Under the pieces are notes generated by a model. That model was not told where the DNA came from and did no database searches. It saw only the letters and a program-made list of their open reading frames with translations. The position numbers and the translations under genes were made by a program. From Candidatus Bathyarchaeales archaeon (GTDB lineage: Archaea; Thermoproteota; Bathyarchaeia; Bathyarchaeales; Bathycorpusculaceae), in contig JBNASL010000001.1 in the NCBI GenBank assembly GCA_049717905.1, positions 7,987-71,986 of the forward strand: DNA of 64,000 nt, in the 5' to 3' direction. Shown piece after piece: positions 28,057-36,990 of the stretch (positions are counted from its first letter, which is position 1; the number at the start of each line of letters is the position of its first letter).

Positions 28057-28224
28057 TCAGAAAAACACATGTGCCAAAATGCATATGACTATCAGTGAGG
28101 TTGCCGCAGCTACCAGAATTTCAGGTCTAACCTTAACTCCTTCGGTTTCTTCCTCAAAAAACCTTAATAACCCTGCGCTTGCAGCGGGCATGGGTGATGA
28201 ATCGCTTTTCTTTTTCTTACTCAT
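28057..28224 (-). CDS. secG: Preprotein translocase subunit Sec61beta (archaeal SecG)
   Basis: Not in the ORF track (55 aa). My translation is MSKKKKSDSSPMPAASAGLLRFFEEETEGVKVRPEILVAAATSLIVICILAHVFF. The AGLLRFFEE motif plus a C-terminal TM anchor is characteristic of the family. Confidence 0.8.
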   Translation of the reverse strand: MSKKKKSDSSPMPAASAGLLRFFEEETEGVKVRPEILVAAATSLIVICILAHVFF

Positions 28225-28341
28225 TTTAGACTCCTCTGCTTTCTCTTGTTTAAATCGTATCTAATCTCAATTATTAACATTACGTTAGACAACTTCTCAA
28301 AATAGTTTTATTTTATGAAGAAGCTATAGGAAAAGCAAGCG

Positions 28342-28776
28342 GTGGAATTGCCGGCAACATTGTGGACTATTGGGCACAGTAACCGTTCCATGGAGGTTTT
28401 TCTGGAACTGTTGAAGGAGCACGCCATCCAAGTTTTGGCAGATGTCCGCAGTTTTCCAACATCTAAAATTGAACATTTCAAGAAAGAGGCGATGGAAAAG
28501 TGGCTTCCAGAAAATGGCATAGAGTATTTGTGGCTTGGAAAAGAGTTGGGGGGTTACCGAAGAGGCGGTTACAAGGCGCATATGAGAACCAAGCTGTTTA
28601 AGGAAGGAATCAAAAAGTTGCTTGAAACAGCCTCCCAAAAAAGAACGTGTATAATGTGTATGGAGCTCAACCCAAAATACTGTCATAGAAGGTTTATATC
28701 AGCGCATCTTGAGAGAAAAGGCGTCAAAGTAATCCATATAGTTGCTAAGGGACAGAAAAGCCTCATACAGTCTTAA
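28342..28776 (+). CDS. DUF488 family protein
   Basis: 144 aa. LWTIGHSNRSMEVFLELLKEHAIQVLADVRSFPTS and CMELNPKYCHRRFI are typical of DUF488. GTG start. Confidence 0.75.
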   Translation: MELPATLWTIGHSNRSMEVFLELLKEHAIQVLADVRSFPTSKIEHFKKEAMEKWLPENGIEYLWLGKELGGYRRGGYKAHMRTKLFKEGIKKLLETASQKRTCIMCMELNPKYCHRRFISAHLERKGVKVIHIVAKGQKSLIQS

Positions 28777-28813
28777 AGCTTTAACAGAGGCAAGGACAAT
28801 TCAAAATGTGCGG

Positions 28814-29110
28814 ATGGTGAATATGCACATAAAAGAGTTTCAGGAAATGATGCGGCGTCTATACTTTCATAGGGATTCGGAGAGGGGCGTTGAAAAAACT
28901 TTTGAGTGGCTTGTAGAAGAGGTGGCAGAACTAGGTGGAGCGTTAAAAATAGGTGAAAGAAAGGCTTTAGAAAATGAGTTTGCAGATGTCATCGCTTGGC
29001 TGGCTTCTTTGGCAAATATAACTAATGTAGACCTTGAAGAGGCTGCCATCGGCAAATATGACAACAAATGCCCGAAGTGTAAACACTCCCCATGTCAATG
29101 CTTTTTCTAG
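28814..29110 (+). CDS. MazG-like nucleotide pyrophosphohydrolase
   Basis: Contains EWLVEEVAELGGAL ... ENEFADVIAWLASLAN (EExxE...ExxxD style). Start chosen at ATG 28814, with 28823 also possible. The track ORF begins at 28742 inside DUF488. Confidence 0.6.
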   Translation: MVNMHIKEFQEMMRRLYFHRDSERGVEKTFEWLVEEVAELGGALKIGERKALENEFADVIAWLASLANITNVDLEEAAIGKYDNKCPKCKHSPCQCFF

Positions 29111-29133
29111 CTAGGCAAGCAACTTTCCGCTTA

Positions 29134-29394
29134 CTACAATCTTTTTTGCCCCAGTCCTGTGACCGCCCAAACATATGGGCGCCAGCCTTTCCTTTGCACA
29201 ATCCCCTTTGCTTCTAAAAGTTTAAGATGATGCATAACAACCCCATAGGGCAAGCCAGCGCCTCTTGCGATTACTTTTGCGTCTGCATTGCCTCTATCTA
29301 AGAGGTTCAATATCGCGGTTCTGGCTTTTAATCCAAGCTTAACATTTTTAAATTCTGCTAAATAGGCGTTAGGATGATACCCTTCTTTAGGCAT
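29134..29394 (-). CDS. ArsR-like winged-helix transcriptional regulator
   Basis: About 86 aa. RTAILNLLDRGNADAKVIARGAGLPYGVVMHHLKLLEAKGIVQRKG is a typical wHTH. ATG at 29394 or TTG at 29409. Confidence 0.6.
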   Translation of the reverse strand: MPKEGYHPNAYLAEFKNVKLGLKARTAILNLLDRGNADAKVIARGAGLPYGVVMHHLKLLEAKGIVQRKGWRPYVWAVTGLGQKRL

Positions 29395-29439
29395 ATTCAC
29401 CAAAAACAATTCTATGCTTTAAATAGAAAAGTTTTCACT

Positions 29440-32400
29440 TTATGCGAAGTCTGTAAGGCTTATTTGTTTAGGCTTTTTACCCTCGAAAAGAGAGCTAATC
29501 TCCTCTTTCATAAGTAAAATTCTCTGAGTGTAATATTTTGGCAGGCTGTACTTTTTGATTATTTGTTCAGCCGCGTCGAGATATTTCTCTATGCCTCCAC
29601 GGTAAACCGTTAAGGTTAGTTCTCCACCACATATGGGGCATTTACCGCGCAGAGGCAAACGGCGAAATCTTTTGTTGCAAGCTTTGCATCTAAACCCCTG
29701 TGTCGAAAAAGCCCTCAGGTTCCCGGCAATATCCCTAATAAAATGTTTTGTCAGAACCTTTAAGGCTACTTTTCTCGCATCCACAGCCTCAATTTTCTCC
29801 GCAAGCGCAAGTTGTCCATGTAGCTTATCAACCATGGTCTTGAACCGTTTATAGGCGCTTTCATCGTTACCCATGTTGACATCTGAAACTGGCATTGTGA
29901 AGCGAAATTCTTCAAATTGCGCTTCAGTTCCAAGCCTATACTCAATTAAATCTATGAGAGAGCTTACATGTTTGGCTTCTGCTTTTTCCAATGTTTTCTC
30001 ATAAAACTCCAAAGGGTAAGCACCCGCAACATCCAAATCGTGGGCTTGCCTCTGCACCTCTTTCGGGTTTACAACCGGAACCAAAAGCAAAGGAGCATCC
30101 ATAATTCCGCCAATTTGGGCAGGCAAATATTCCCGTGAAAAGTTAAGCAACGTGTCTAAGGCAAGCATTAAAGTATCTTCGTCTCCGTCACAGTCCCTTC
30201 GTTTAGCAGAGTGCCAAACAGGATGCGCATAACAAACATTTAGGCTGGTAAATCCTATAATGCGGCCTAAAATGCCCACTGAAGTGTGAGGAGCCAAACC
30301 TATGACAAGATGGCCTATTAGCTCGTCGGCATGTTTAACATTGTAGTATGGCGGAAGCCCATAAACCTTTGTTAGGAGTTCGTCGATAAAGCTTGCAACG
30401 CGAACAAAATATTCGGCGCACTTAACTGGGATAACAACATCTTGAACTTTTAACTCGCAAATCTGATTTGGATTCGCCAAGGGATTTCCATGCATATCAT
30501 GTGCGTAACCAAGTTGCAGAAGGCGATCAACAGAAACCCCTATTTCACAGGGCTTAAAGTGGGTTAAAGGCGCGTTGGTTGCGTCAAAACGGATTGTCCC
30601 ATCCTTGTAAACTGAAAGGTCGTATTTTGCACGCAAAATACCTTTCTCAATTATTTCAGGAGTCTTTTTTTCGTTGGTTAAACCCTTAACGCCTTTCAAA
30701 ACCTTTGGAACAGAAACTCCTAAACGAGTGCACGCCTTCTCCAGCAACTCCTTAACATTAACAGCTTGTTTTTCATAAGATACCCCTGAAGTTTTACACA
30801 CAGGGCAAATATTTCCGTTTAGAGTTCTTCCACATCTTGGGCAAAATCTTTCAAGAACAGTTTCGGAGTTGCAAGCGGCACACTTTATGCTGACTCTATA
30901 GGTTTTGCAGATTGGGCATTTGCGCTTAACGATCTCTACAAAAATGTTCTCCCGTTTAGCTGCCTCTAAAATATCCCTATGGGAACCCCCAGCCAACCCT
31001 ACTGGAAAGAGAACATGCACTAGAGGAGCCATTTCCCGCCTCTTGGCTTTTTCAGGACGCCCCATTCTTGCACCAACAAAGGTTGGAGCCTTTTCCCTAA
31101 CCGCCACGCCAGAAAGCCTTCCGATAGCCTCTAAAACGGTTTCATGGGAAGAGAATTCTATATCTTTAGATTTGCAACTGAGACAGAAGGCAAAGGCGCA
31201 AGCCTCATCATTTTCAATAACAATCTTTCCTTCTGAAACTTTATGGGGAAGGCAGATTTTTTCTAATGCTTTTTTAACATCATCCGCCATTTTACCAGTA
31301 ATCCTGTGGACGACATTCCCTTTAATCTCCATTTCCGAAGTAAAAAGCCACTTTCTTAAAAGCTCAAGTTCCTTAATATCGTTGAGGTTCGACCAGAAAA
31401 ACGTAAAAGCTGGGTGAAGAGGTAAATGCGCTTTTAGGGACAAGGCAATGGCCTCCTCAAAATTAGGCTTTTTCGTGAAAGGATCATCCAAAAACTCTTT
31501 AAGCCTTTCCGCTGAAACCTCAAGAGTATCAGCCGCCTTTTTAAAGTCACCACCGAACTCGTTTAAGATTGCTTTACGTAAATCTTCAGCCCACCATTCC
31601 TCAACATACCCGGAAGGACTCAGGCTTTTGCCTTGATAAAGGAAATCGCCGAAACTGACTAGAATGTCCCCAAGGAAAAGAATCTTTTCAATTCTGTCTT
31701 TTACAAGGTTAAAGTTGCTTACAGAAACTCGAACCACCGATCCGTCTTTTAACTTGACTATAGGTGGCTCCAAAGAATCAACTGGAACAGCGACGCCGCC
31801 CTTTCCGGGAAGCTCTAAACGTAACTGAGTGCCAGCAGCTATGAAGCCTTGAAGCACAAGCATCGTTGCTGGGTGAATGCCCACAGCGGTTAGCCCAGTG
31901 TTCCTAGCCCTTCCGTATCTTAGGCGGAATCCGCCGCGTCTAGATGGAAAAGAGAATATGGGGCGGCCGGCGACAATGTCGTCCATAAATCCTGCGGATT
32001 TCTTTTCAGACATTTTCCTAATTTCCTTAAGCCAATCCCAACCTTGAATTTCAAGCTTTTCAATTATTGCTAAAACTTTTGAAGCACGCCCAACAATGCC
32101 GTCATTTACAACTCGTAATGCGCCGCCACGGACCCTATTTGTTTCGACGCGTGGAAGATTGCGGTAGGAGGAAACCTCAACAGGGTCTGACTCTGTTCCT
32201 GTAACTTCCACGGGCAACCAGTTTAAAGCCTTTTTTAGCTCCCCGTCTGAAACATGATATTGAAAGCGGCTTACAGACCGCTCATAAAGTCTAATCTCCT
32301 CAATGAAGCGGGCAATCTCCTCTTCTGTAGGCTTATAGCGGTCAAGCCCTAGAATTCTACGGATAAAATCGCCGATGACAAGGGTTAAAGCTTGATCTGT

Positions 32401-32841
32401 CCCACCTGCAGAACGTATTGGCCCGGCAAAATAAATTGCAAGATATTTTGTCCTATCGCTGTTTTCTTTAATTTTAACTTTCGCAACTCCTTGCAAAGGA
32501 GCAGCCGTGAGGCCCTCTGTAAGAATTGCTAGGGCTGTGCGCACTGCTTGTTCTGCCGCAACTTCAGGTTCCATGTGCCCAAATTTACCATAAACAATTT
32601 CTTCCGCAACCTTGAAAGCTAATTCTTCCCTTGGAAGCTTGGAGCTCAATTCCCTGATTCTTTCGGCAACGCCTTTTGGACCAACAAGCCCCTCTACAAG
32701 GTCAGCCATGTCTCTTGCAATATCGCATTCTGGTTTAAATGCAGGATCAAGGCCTTTCTCTCTAGCCTTTCGGCATATGTCATATAGCTGTTTGAGTTGA
32801 AATTCTAGATTTTCCGTATATTTCTCGTAGTCCTTGCTCAT
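29440..32841 (-). CDS. polC: DNA polymerase II (PolD) large subunit DP2
   Basis: About 1133 aa, with DP2-typical blocks and several CxxC zinc modules (CPICKT...CAACNS, CPRCGR...CPVCK, CKACNKRF...CPICGG). ATG at 32841 is preferred over TTG at 32853. I saw no intein-like insertion. Confidence 0.93.
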   Translation of the reverse strand: MSKDYEKYTENLEFQLKQLYDICRKAREKGLDPAFKPECDIARDMADLVEGLVGPKGVAERIRELSSKLPREELAFKVAEEIVYGKFGHMEPEVAAEQAVRTALAILTEGLTAAPLQGVAKVKIKENSDRTKYLAIYFAGPIRSAGGTDQALTLVIGDFIRRILGLDRYKPTEEEIARFIEEIRLYERSVSRFQYHVSDGELKKALNWLPVEVTGTESDPVEVSSYRNLPRVETNRVRGGALRVVNDGIVGRASKVLAIIEKLEIQGWDWLKEIRKMSEKKSAGFMDDIVAGRPIFSFPSRRGGFRLRYGRARNTGLTAVGIHPATMLVLQGFIAAGTQLRLELPGKGGVAVPVDSLEPPIVKLKDGSVVRVSVSNFNLVKDRIEKILFLGDILVSFGDFLYQGKSLSPSGYVEEWWAEDLRKAILNEFGGDFKKAADTLEVSAERLKEFLDDPFTKKPNFEEAIALSLKAHLPLHPAFTFFWSNLNDIKELELLRKWLFTSEMEIKGNVVHRITGKMADDVKKALEKICLPHKVSEGKIVIENDEACAFAFCLSCKSKDIEFSSHETVLEAIGRLSGVAVREKAPTFVGARMGRPEKAKRREMAPLVHVLFPVGLAGGSHRDILEAAKRENIFVEIVKRKCPICKTYRVSIKCAACNSETVLERFCPRCGRTLNGNICPVCKTSGVSYEKQAVNVKELLEKACTRLGVSVPKVLKGVKGLTNEKKTPEIIEKGILRAKYDLSVYKDGTIRFDATNAPLTHFKPCEIGVSVDRLLQLGYAHDMHGNPLANPNQICELKVQDVVIPVKCAEYFVRVASFIDELLTKVYGLPPYYNVKHADELIGHLVIGLAPHTSVGILGRIIGFTSLNVCYAHPVWHSAKRRDCDGDEDTLMLALDTLLNFSREYLPAQIGGIMDAPLLLVPVVNPKEVQRQAHDLDVAGAYPLEFYEKTLEKAEAKHVSSLIDLIEYRLGTEAQFEEFRFTMPVSDVNMGNDESAYKRFKTMVDKLHGQLALAEKIEAVDARKVALKVLTKHFIRDIAGNLRAFSTQGFRCKACNKRFRRLPLRGKCPICGGELTLTVYRGGIEKYLDAAEQIIKKYSLPKYYTQRILLMKEEISSLFEGKKPKQISLTDFA

Positions 32842-32982
32842 TTGGGCGTTCAAGTAGCTCCCGTAGTTTATACCGCGGGTAGGGGTTTATTTTGGCTTTC
32901 TAACATGAAAAAGAAAAACTTATTGTCTTGCGGAAGAGTCAAAACCGTGGATGCTATACAAGATTTTGCAAATATTAGAAAT

Positions 32983-33744
32983 TCATGTTTTGCAGCTTTT
33001 TATGCCTTCAACAATTTCTGAAACCTTATCCTTAACTTGCCCATTCTCGACAACATTCCCCGTGACTATTATGTTTGCACCTGCAGATGCTGCAGCCAAA
33101 GCTTGCGCTCTGGATTTTATACCTCCGCCAACAATTAGGGGCACATCAATGTAATGTCTAACCGCTCGAATCATCTCTTGAGGAACTGGCTTCTTGGCAC
33201 CGGAACCAGCCTCTAAATATATGAAACGCATACCCAAATATTGCCCCGCCAAAGCATGGGCTACAGCCAATTCAGGCTTATCATACGGAATAGGAACTGC
33301 TTTTCCAACTATGCCTGCGGTTCCGCCCTCACCGACAATTATATACCCTAAAGGAATTGGTTCTAAACTGTACCTTTTAACCAAAGGAGCCCCTAAGACT
33401 TGCGCCCCCATTAGAAAGTAGGGATCCACTGAGTTTATAAGGGACATAAACCATATGGCATCAGCGTACCGGCTTATACTTGTAACATTATTGGGAAAAA
33501 GTATTACAGGGATTTTTACAAAGCGTTTAACAGTTTTAACCACGGCATCAAGGTGTCTCACTGAAACAAAAGTGGAGCCCCCTATCATAATAGCGGAGGT
33601 TCCGCTTACACTTGCCTTTTTAGCTATTGTCGAAGCTTGAGGAGGCGTTACCTTCTCAGGATCGATCAGGGTCATGTGGATTGACCCCTCAGATTTTATC
33701 CTGTCGAGCAAGTATCTTTCCACAGCGCCAACCATAAGCATCAC
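32983..33744 (-). CDS. Geranylgeranylglyceryl phosphate synthase (PcrB family)
   Basis: 253 aa. TIM-barrel blocks are present: MIGGS, YLEAGSGA, PLIVGGGIKS. Confidence 0.85.
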   Translation of the reverse strand: MMLMVGAVERYLLDRIKSEGSIHMTLIDPEKVTPPQASTIAKKASVSGTSAIMIGGSTFVSVRHLDAVVKTVKRFVKIPVILFPNNVTSISRYADAIWFMSLINSVDPYFLMGAQVLGAPLVKRYSLEPIPLGYIIVGEGGTAGIVGKAVPIPYDKPELAVAHALAGQYLGMRFIYLEAGSGAKKPVPQEMIRAVRHYIDVPLIVGGGIKSRAQALAAASAGANIIVTGNVVENGQVKDKVSEIVEGIKSCKT

Positions 33745-34014
33745 TCAGCTTGTACCCTTAACCTCTGGCGCAGAGGACCCCTTCATTCCACCATAAATTT
33801 TGTCGGTAAACATGCAGTATACGTCAATCTCTCCTAGGGCACGTTTAACTGGAAACTCTTCCCTTGCACCACAACTGCCGCAGCTCACAACAGCTCGGTC
33901 TTCATCACGGAACAGTTCTACACGAACAGTTTCCTTACCGCAAATAGGGCAAGAGAAGAACTTTGGTAAATGCTTCTTTGGAATGCGGACGACTTTCCTC
34001 CTTCTTCGTCCCAT
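33745..34014 (-). CDS. elf1: Transcription elongation factor Elf1 homologue (zinc ribbon)
   Basis: 89 aa. A basic N-terminus [14 protein letters not shown] is followed by CPICG...CGSCG and then IDVYCMFTD, as in Elf1. Confidence 0.75.
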   Translation of the reverse strand: MGRRRRKVVRIPKKHLPKFFSCPICGKETVRVELFRDEDRAVVSCGSCGAREEFPVKRALGEIDVYCMFTDKIYGGMKGSSAPEVKGTS

Positions 34015-34105
34015 AATCTAATCCTTCATATGGTGCTTGCGCCAACACTTTACCATTATTCTATCTTCGTCCTTAAATACTTGCCTAGTGCCTTAAACAA
34101 TTGGG

Positions 34106-34954
34106 ATGACCCCTTTGAATTTAACGCCATCCATTCTAGATTTAGACTGGGCAGAGGTGGAGACAAAAATAAAGCGTTTCATAAAAGACTATGTGGAAAA
34201 GTCTAAGGCTAAAGGCATTGTTTTAGGTTTGTCAGGAGGAATTGACAGCAGCACTACAGCAGCTCTTTCCGCCCTAGCCATAGGAGGAGACAAGGTTTTA
34301 GGGCTTTTACTGCCTGAAAAAGAAACTTATAACAAAAAGGACATAGAAGACGCCAAACTCGTAGCAGAAAAATTCGGGTTAAACACGGAAACCATCGACA
34401 TAACACCCGCCTTAGAGGCGATTCAAAATACAATACCAGCTTTTAACCCTGAAGACAAATTATGCAAAGGCAATTTAAAAGCGCGAATACGAATGGCCTA
34501 CCTATACTATTACGCTAATAGGCTTAACCTAACAGTGTGCGGAAGCTCAGATAAGTCGGAAACAATGATAGGCTACTTCACTAAATGGGGAGACGCCGCC
34601 GCGGACATTGCCCCCTTAATGGATCTTTACAAAACCCAGGTTCGAAAGCTTGCAGAACACATAGGCTTGCCAAGAGAAATCGTGCAAAAACCGTCATCGC
34701 CAGCTTTGTGGCCTGGGCAAATAGCGGAAGAAGAAATAGGCCTAAAATACGAAGTCCTCGACCTCATTTTATATGGACTAGAACATTTTATGAAGACAGA
34801 AGAAATAGCTCACCAGTTGGGCTTGGAAAAGGCTACGGTGGATAAAGTGAAGGACAGATGGAAAAGTATGGAGCATAAAAGGAGAATGCCCCTAACAACA
34901 AAAATTCAGTATAGAACCGCCGGATTCGATTTTAGACTTCCCCGCACAACGTAA
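34106..34954 (+). CDS. nadE: NH3-dependent NAD+ synthetase
   Basis: 282 aa. Has the PP-loop GLSGGIDSS and the GSSDKSETMIGYFTKWGD block. Confidence 0.9.
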   Translation: MTPLNLTPSILDLDWAEVETKIKRFIKDYVEKSKAKGIVLGLSGGIDSSTTAALSALAIGGDKVLGLLLPEKETYNKKDIEDAKLVAEKFGLNTETIDITPALEAIQNTIPAFNPEDKLCKGNLKARIRMAYLYYYANRLNLTVCGSSDKSETMIGYFTKWGDAAADIAPLMDLYKTQVRKLAEHIGLPREIVQKPSSPALWPGQIAEEEIGLKYEVLDLILYGLEHFMKTEEIAHQLGLEKATVDKVKDRWKSMEHKRRMPLTTKIQYRTAGFDFRLPRTT

Positions 34955-34979
34955 AACTCTAAAGAAGGAGACGTAAAAC

Positions 34980-35813
34980 ATGAAGGAAACATTCAAAATA
35001 GCCTTGGCACAGATAAGCTGTCGAAGAGGAGACAAAAAAGCAAACCTGCATAAAATGGAAGAATATGCAAAAAAGGCGAAAAAACAAAACGCGGAGCTTG
35101 TGGTGTTTCCGGAACTTTCGTTAACAGGATATACTGTGCGAGATGAAATCTACGAGCTAGCGGAAAAAATACCAGGCCCCTCAATAAGCATTATTGAAAA
35201 AATGACTAGAGAAATCGGCATACACGTAATTTTCGGAATGCCAGAACTCAGCGAAAAAACAGAGGCAACAATTTACAACTCCGCTGTCCTAATAGCTCCA
35301 GACGGCTTTATCGGGAAATACCGTAAAATGTATCTGCCAACCCACAGCGTTTTTGAAGAGAAACGTTATTTTAGGCCAGGATATGATGCTGGTGCTTTTG
35401 AAACTGAGCTGGGCAAAATAGGCTTACTCATATGCTATGACATCTTCTTTCCAGAGGCAAGCCGACTGACACGTCTAGAAGGGGCAAAACTTATAGTTTG
35501 CATTTCAGCTTCACCATCCGTCCGCAGAACATACTTTGAAACCTTAACAACTGCAAGAGCCATAGAAAACGGAGCCTTTTTGGCATATGTTAACCTCGTA
35601 GGCGTAGAAGATGGACTGCAGTTTTGGGGAGGAAGCAGGCTCATCAGTCCAAACGGAAATATTATTGCAAAAGCAGGACATGACGAGGAAAACCTTGTTG
35701 TCGGCGAGGTCAACTACGCTGACATTAGACCTGTGGAAATTTTTGTTCCCACATTGAGAGACTTACGCCCAGAAATTTTCGAAAAATTGAAGATAAAAAC
35801 TGAAACGCTTTAG
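34980..35813 (+). CDS. Carbon-nitrogen hydrolase (nitrilase superfamily)
   Basis: 277 aa. The Glu-Lys-Cys triad context is present: VVFPELSLTGY, YRKMYLP, LICYDIFFPE. Confidence 0.85.
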   Translation: MKETFKIALAQISCRRGDKKANLHKMEEYAKKAKKQNAELVVFPELSLTGYTVRDEIYELAEKIPGPSISIIEKMTREIGIHVIFGMPELSEKTEATIYNSAVLIAPDGFIGKYRKMYLPTHSVFEEKRYFRPGYDAGAFETELGKIGLLICYDIFFPEASRLTRLEGAKLIVCISASPSVRRTYFETLTTARAIENGAFLAYVNLVGVEDGLQFWGGSRLISPNGNIIAKAGHDEENLVVGEVNYADIRPVEIFVPTLRDLRPEIFEKLKIKTETL

Positions 35814-35911
35814 GATTCACATCAGCACTAAATCACAGTTAAATCACATACCCTTTGAGACATCACAGGAACCCCCAATTTTATGGAGAATCTTCAAATA
35901 ACCGCGTATCA

Positions 35912-35921
35912 TCACGCGTGA
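35912..35921. repeat. Perfect 10-bp palindrome TCACGCGTGA within a TCACA-core motif array
   Basis: Read directly. It is flanked by TCACA/TGTGA cores at about 35818, 35834, 35845, 35864, 35935 and 35950. Confidence 0.8.
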
Positions 35922-36044
35922 CTTAAACGTGATATGTGATATCGCACGATCACAATTATTAATACGTCGCAACAAGCTCGCCTAAACCTCTCTCCTAAGA
36001 GCATATTAATCTTCATAAGGCAACTAAATTTAGAATTCAAGCGT

Positions 36045-36070
36045 CACAAAAAGGACACTTCCTTTTTGTG
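36045..36070. repeat. Perfect hairpin-forming inverted repeat (11-bp stem, 4-nt loop)
   Basis: CACAAAAAGGA-cact-TCCTTTTTGTG, read directly in the 548-bp non-coding gap. Confidence 0.85.
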
Positions 36071-36361
36071 CAAATTCTTTCTACAAGGCTAAAGCCTCTG
36101 AACACCTGAGAAAAACATTTTATCCTAGTTGTAGGTCAGGTTAAAATCTTGCAGAAGCATATTGTCTTAGATGTTTAAATCGGTAAATATCAACTTTTTT
36201 AACCTAAAATTGTAAAAAAAAGAATTTAAGGCGGCGCTTTTACATTTTTAGTTGTAATTTTTCCTTTTAACATGTTTAAAGCTCGAACTTTAATATGATG
36301 TTCTCCGATAACCTTTAAATTCTCTTGTATACAAAAATGTATCCATTGAAGGGAACACGGG

Positions 36362-36850
36362 ATGCAAAAAATGAAGCTAAAAGAAAATGTCCAAATATGG
36401 CTAAAAAAGTCTTTAGAAGACCCCATTGTAAAAATATTGGCTAAAACAAGTCACTTAACAAAAACTCAGCTTGAAACACTGATAATTAATATTTTAGCAG
36501 AAAATATTGCGGGTAAACCACTTAAATATGAAGAAAAAGCCAGATTACGGCTAACAAAGGCAAAAATAAGCCGCGGAGCTTTTAACAGAACCTTAAAACA
36601 GGCTGAAGAAAACGTCATAAAATCAATCTACACGGTACTACTTTTAGGATACTTGGGAATCTTTGAAAGCACAACTTTAGACCCATATATCGAAATATCA
36701 AACAAACTACAAGAATATGTAGAAGCACACAAGAACATGCCAATAAGCAATGCACAATTGGAGGAACAGGTAAAATTCCTAAAAATTCTGCGAGAGGGGC
36801 TTGAAACAAGCCTAAAACAGTTGGCAAATCCTTCGGAAGGGCTTCCGTGA
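36362..36850 (+). CDS. Hypothetical protein with a Tfx/sigma70-region-4-like HTH (tentative)
   Basis: 162 aa. LTKTQLETL ... ISRGAFNRTLKQAEENVIKSIYT resembles the Tfx/LuxR-type HTH layout. There is no other recognisable domain. Confidence 0.35.
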   Translation: MQKMKLKENVQIWLKKSLEDPIVKILAKTSHLTKTQLETLIINILAENIAGKPLKYEEKARLRLTKAKISRGAFNRTLKQAEENVIKSIYTVLLLGYLGIFESTTLDPYIEISNKLQEYVEAHKNMPISNAQLEEQVKFLKILREGLETSLKQLANPSEGLP

Positions 36851-36856
36851 CGTCAC
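36847..36856. repeat. Palindrome GTGACGTCAC (TGACGTCA core) overlapping the stop codon of the 162-aa gene
   Basis: Read directly. The second TGACGTCA copy is at 37000-37007. Confidence 0.8.
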
Positions 36857-36990
36857 AAATCACAAAATAGTTAAGCAGAGTCACTGCTTGTGGCAAGCCA
36901 AAACTCAAAGAAAAAGGCCTAAAGGCTAAAAAGCAACTTTAAGAAGGCGTTTCAGCAGTGCGTGTTTTTATCATAGTAAGAAAAGATTAT

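Noticed and set aside
28079-28264. 61-aa plus-strand ORF
   Set aside because: It is an antisense shadow of the Sec61beta gene at 28057-28224 and has no recognisable features.
29440-32853. Intein in the PolD large subunit
   Set aside because: The length of about 1135 aa is in the normal intein-free range. I saw no Cys/Ser-initiated insertion ending in His-Asn that interrupts conserved blocks.
36226-36426. 66-aa minus-strand ORF spanning the start of the 162-aa gene
   Set aside because: It lies in an AT-rich promoter region, overlaps a better plus-strand ORF, and has odd composition with no motif.
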